Source: Candidatus Dormiibacterota bacterium
GTDB lineage: Bacteria; Chloroflexota; Dormibacteria; Dormibacterales; Dormibacteraceae
Length of the DNA: 45,159 nt
Direction: 5' to 3'
Assembly (NCBI GenBank): GCA_035653475.1
Contig: DASRBU010000137.1
Location: 1 to 45,159, forward strand
The translations under genes and the position numbers were made by a program. Shown one piece after another: positions 44,711 through 45,159 of this stretch. Each line of letters starts with the position of its first letter. The stretch's first letter is position 1. The notes under the pieces were generated by a model. It was not told where the DNA came from. It saw only the letters and a list, made by a program, of their open reading frames with translations, and searched no databases.

Positions 44711-45159
44711 GTGAAGGTCAACCCCGACGCCGCCGGCCTGGATGCCAAGCGCCTGGAGCGCATAACCGAGCACCTCGAGTCCCGCTACATCGGGCCGGGC
44801 AAGATCGCCGGCGCCCAGGTGGCGGTGTCGCGTCACGGCCAGCTCGGTTACTTCCGCTCCTTCGGCCTGGCCGATCGTGAGCGGTCCAAGCCGGTGACCG
44901 AGGACACCATCTGGCGCATCTACTCCATGACCAAGCCCATCACCGGTGTCGCCCTGATGAGCCTCTACGAACAGGGGGCCTTCCAGCTCTCCGACCCGGT
45001 CGACCGCTTCATACCGGCGTGGAAGGACCTCAAGGTCGAGGAGACCGACGCCAACGGCAACAAGACCCTGGTCGACCCCCAGCGGCCGATGACGGTCAAG
45101 GACCTCCTGATGCACATGTCCGGCCTCGGTTGGGGCGGTCGCATGGCCATCCGCTCCGA
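44711..45159 (+). CDS. Serine hydrolase (beta-lactamase/EstB-like), partial at window end
   Basis: GTG after GGAGGAG. MKVNPDAAGLDAKRLERI...DTIWRIYSMTKP (SxxK), LSDPVDRFIP, DLLMHMSGL. Confidence 0.92.
   Translation, partial: MKVNPDAAGLDAKRLERITEHLESRYIGPGKIAGAQVAVSRHGQLGYFRSFGLADRERSKPVTEDTIWRIYSMTKPITGVALMSLYEQGAFQLSDPVDRFIPAWKDLKVEETDANGNKTLVDPQRPMTVKDLLMHMSGLGWGGRMAIRS

Overview
High-GC actinobacterial DNA, probably Acidimicrobiia-like (inferred from gene content, GYWLVASDGG repeats and leaderless TANNNT/CANNNT starts). Bases 1 to ~12,070 form an accessory tract downstream of a tRNA-Pro(TGG). It holds the left end of one IS21 element, a second complete IS21 element, several gene fragments and small detox-type genes (GyrI, GNAT, VOC, methyltransferase, P-loop kinase). 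The rest looks like core genome: pip, acyl-CoA carboxyltransferase, an ABC-2 exporter, a DinB-MOSC fusion, a LuxR gene, a Liv-type ABC operon with an MFS-ATPase-ATPase fusion, treY/treZ, a membrane spermidine-synthase-like gene, GH43, a secreted GH94-like enzyme and a partial serine hydrolase. The headline is a mau-like (amine dehydrogenase maturation-like) operon at 18,857-22,816: MauD-like thioredoxin, MauF-like membrane protein, orphan protein, MauE, and a Tat-exported MauA-like protein with 26 Cys fused to 42-aa repeats. The MauF-like gene has an in-frame TGA exactly at the conserved WSPCG cysteine, followed by stem-loops, making it a candidate selenoprotein that the ORF track splits in two. 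No mauB, mauG or sel machinery genes are visible in the window. All family calls come from motif recognition, not database searches.
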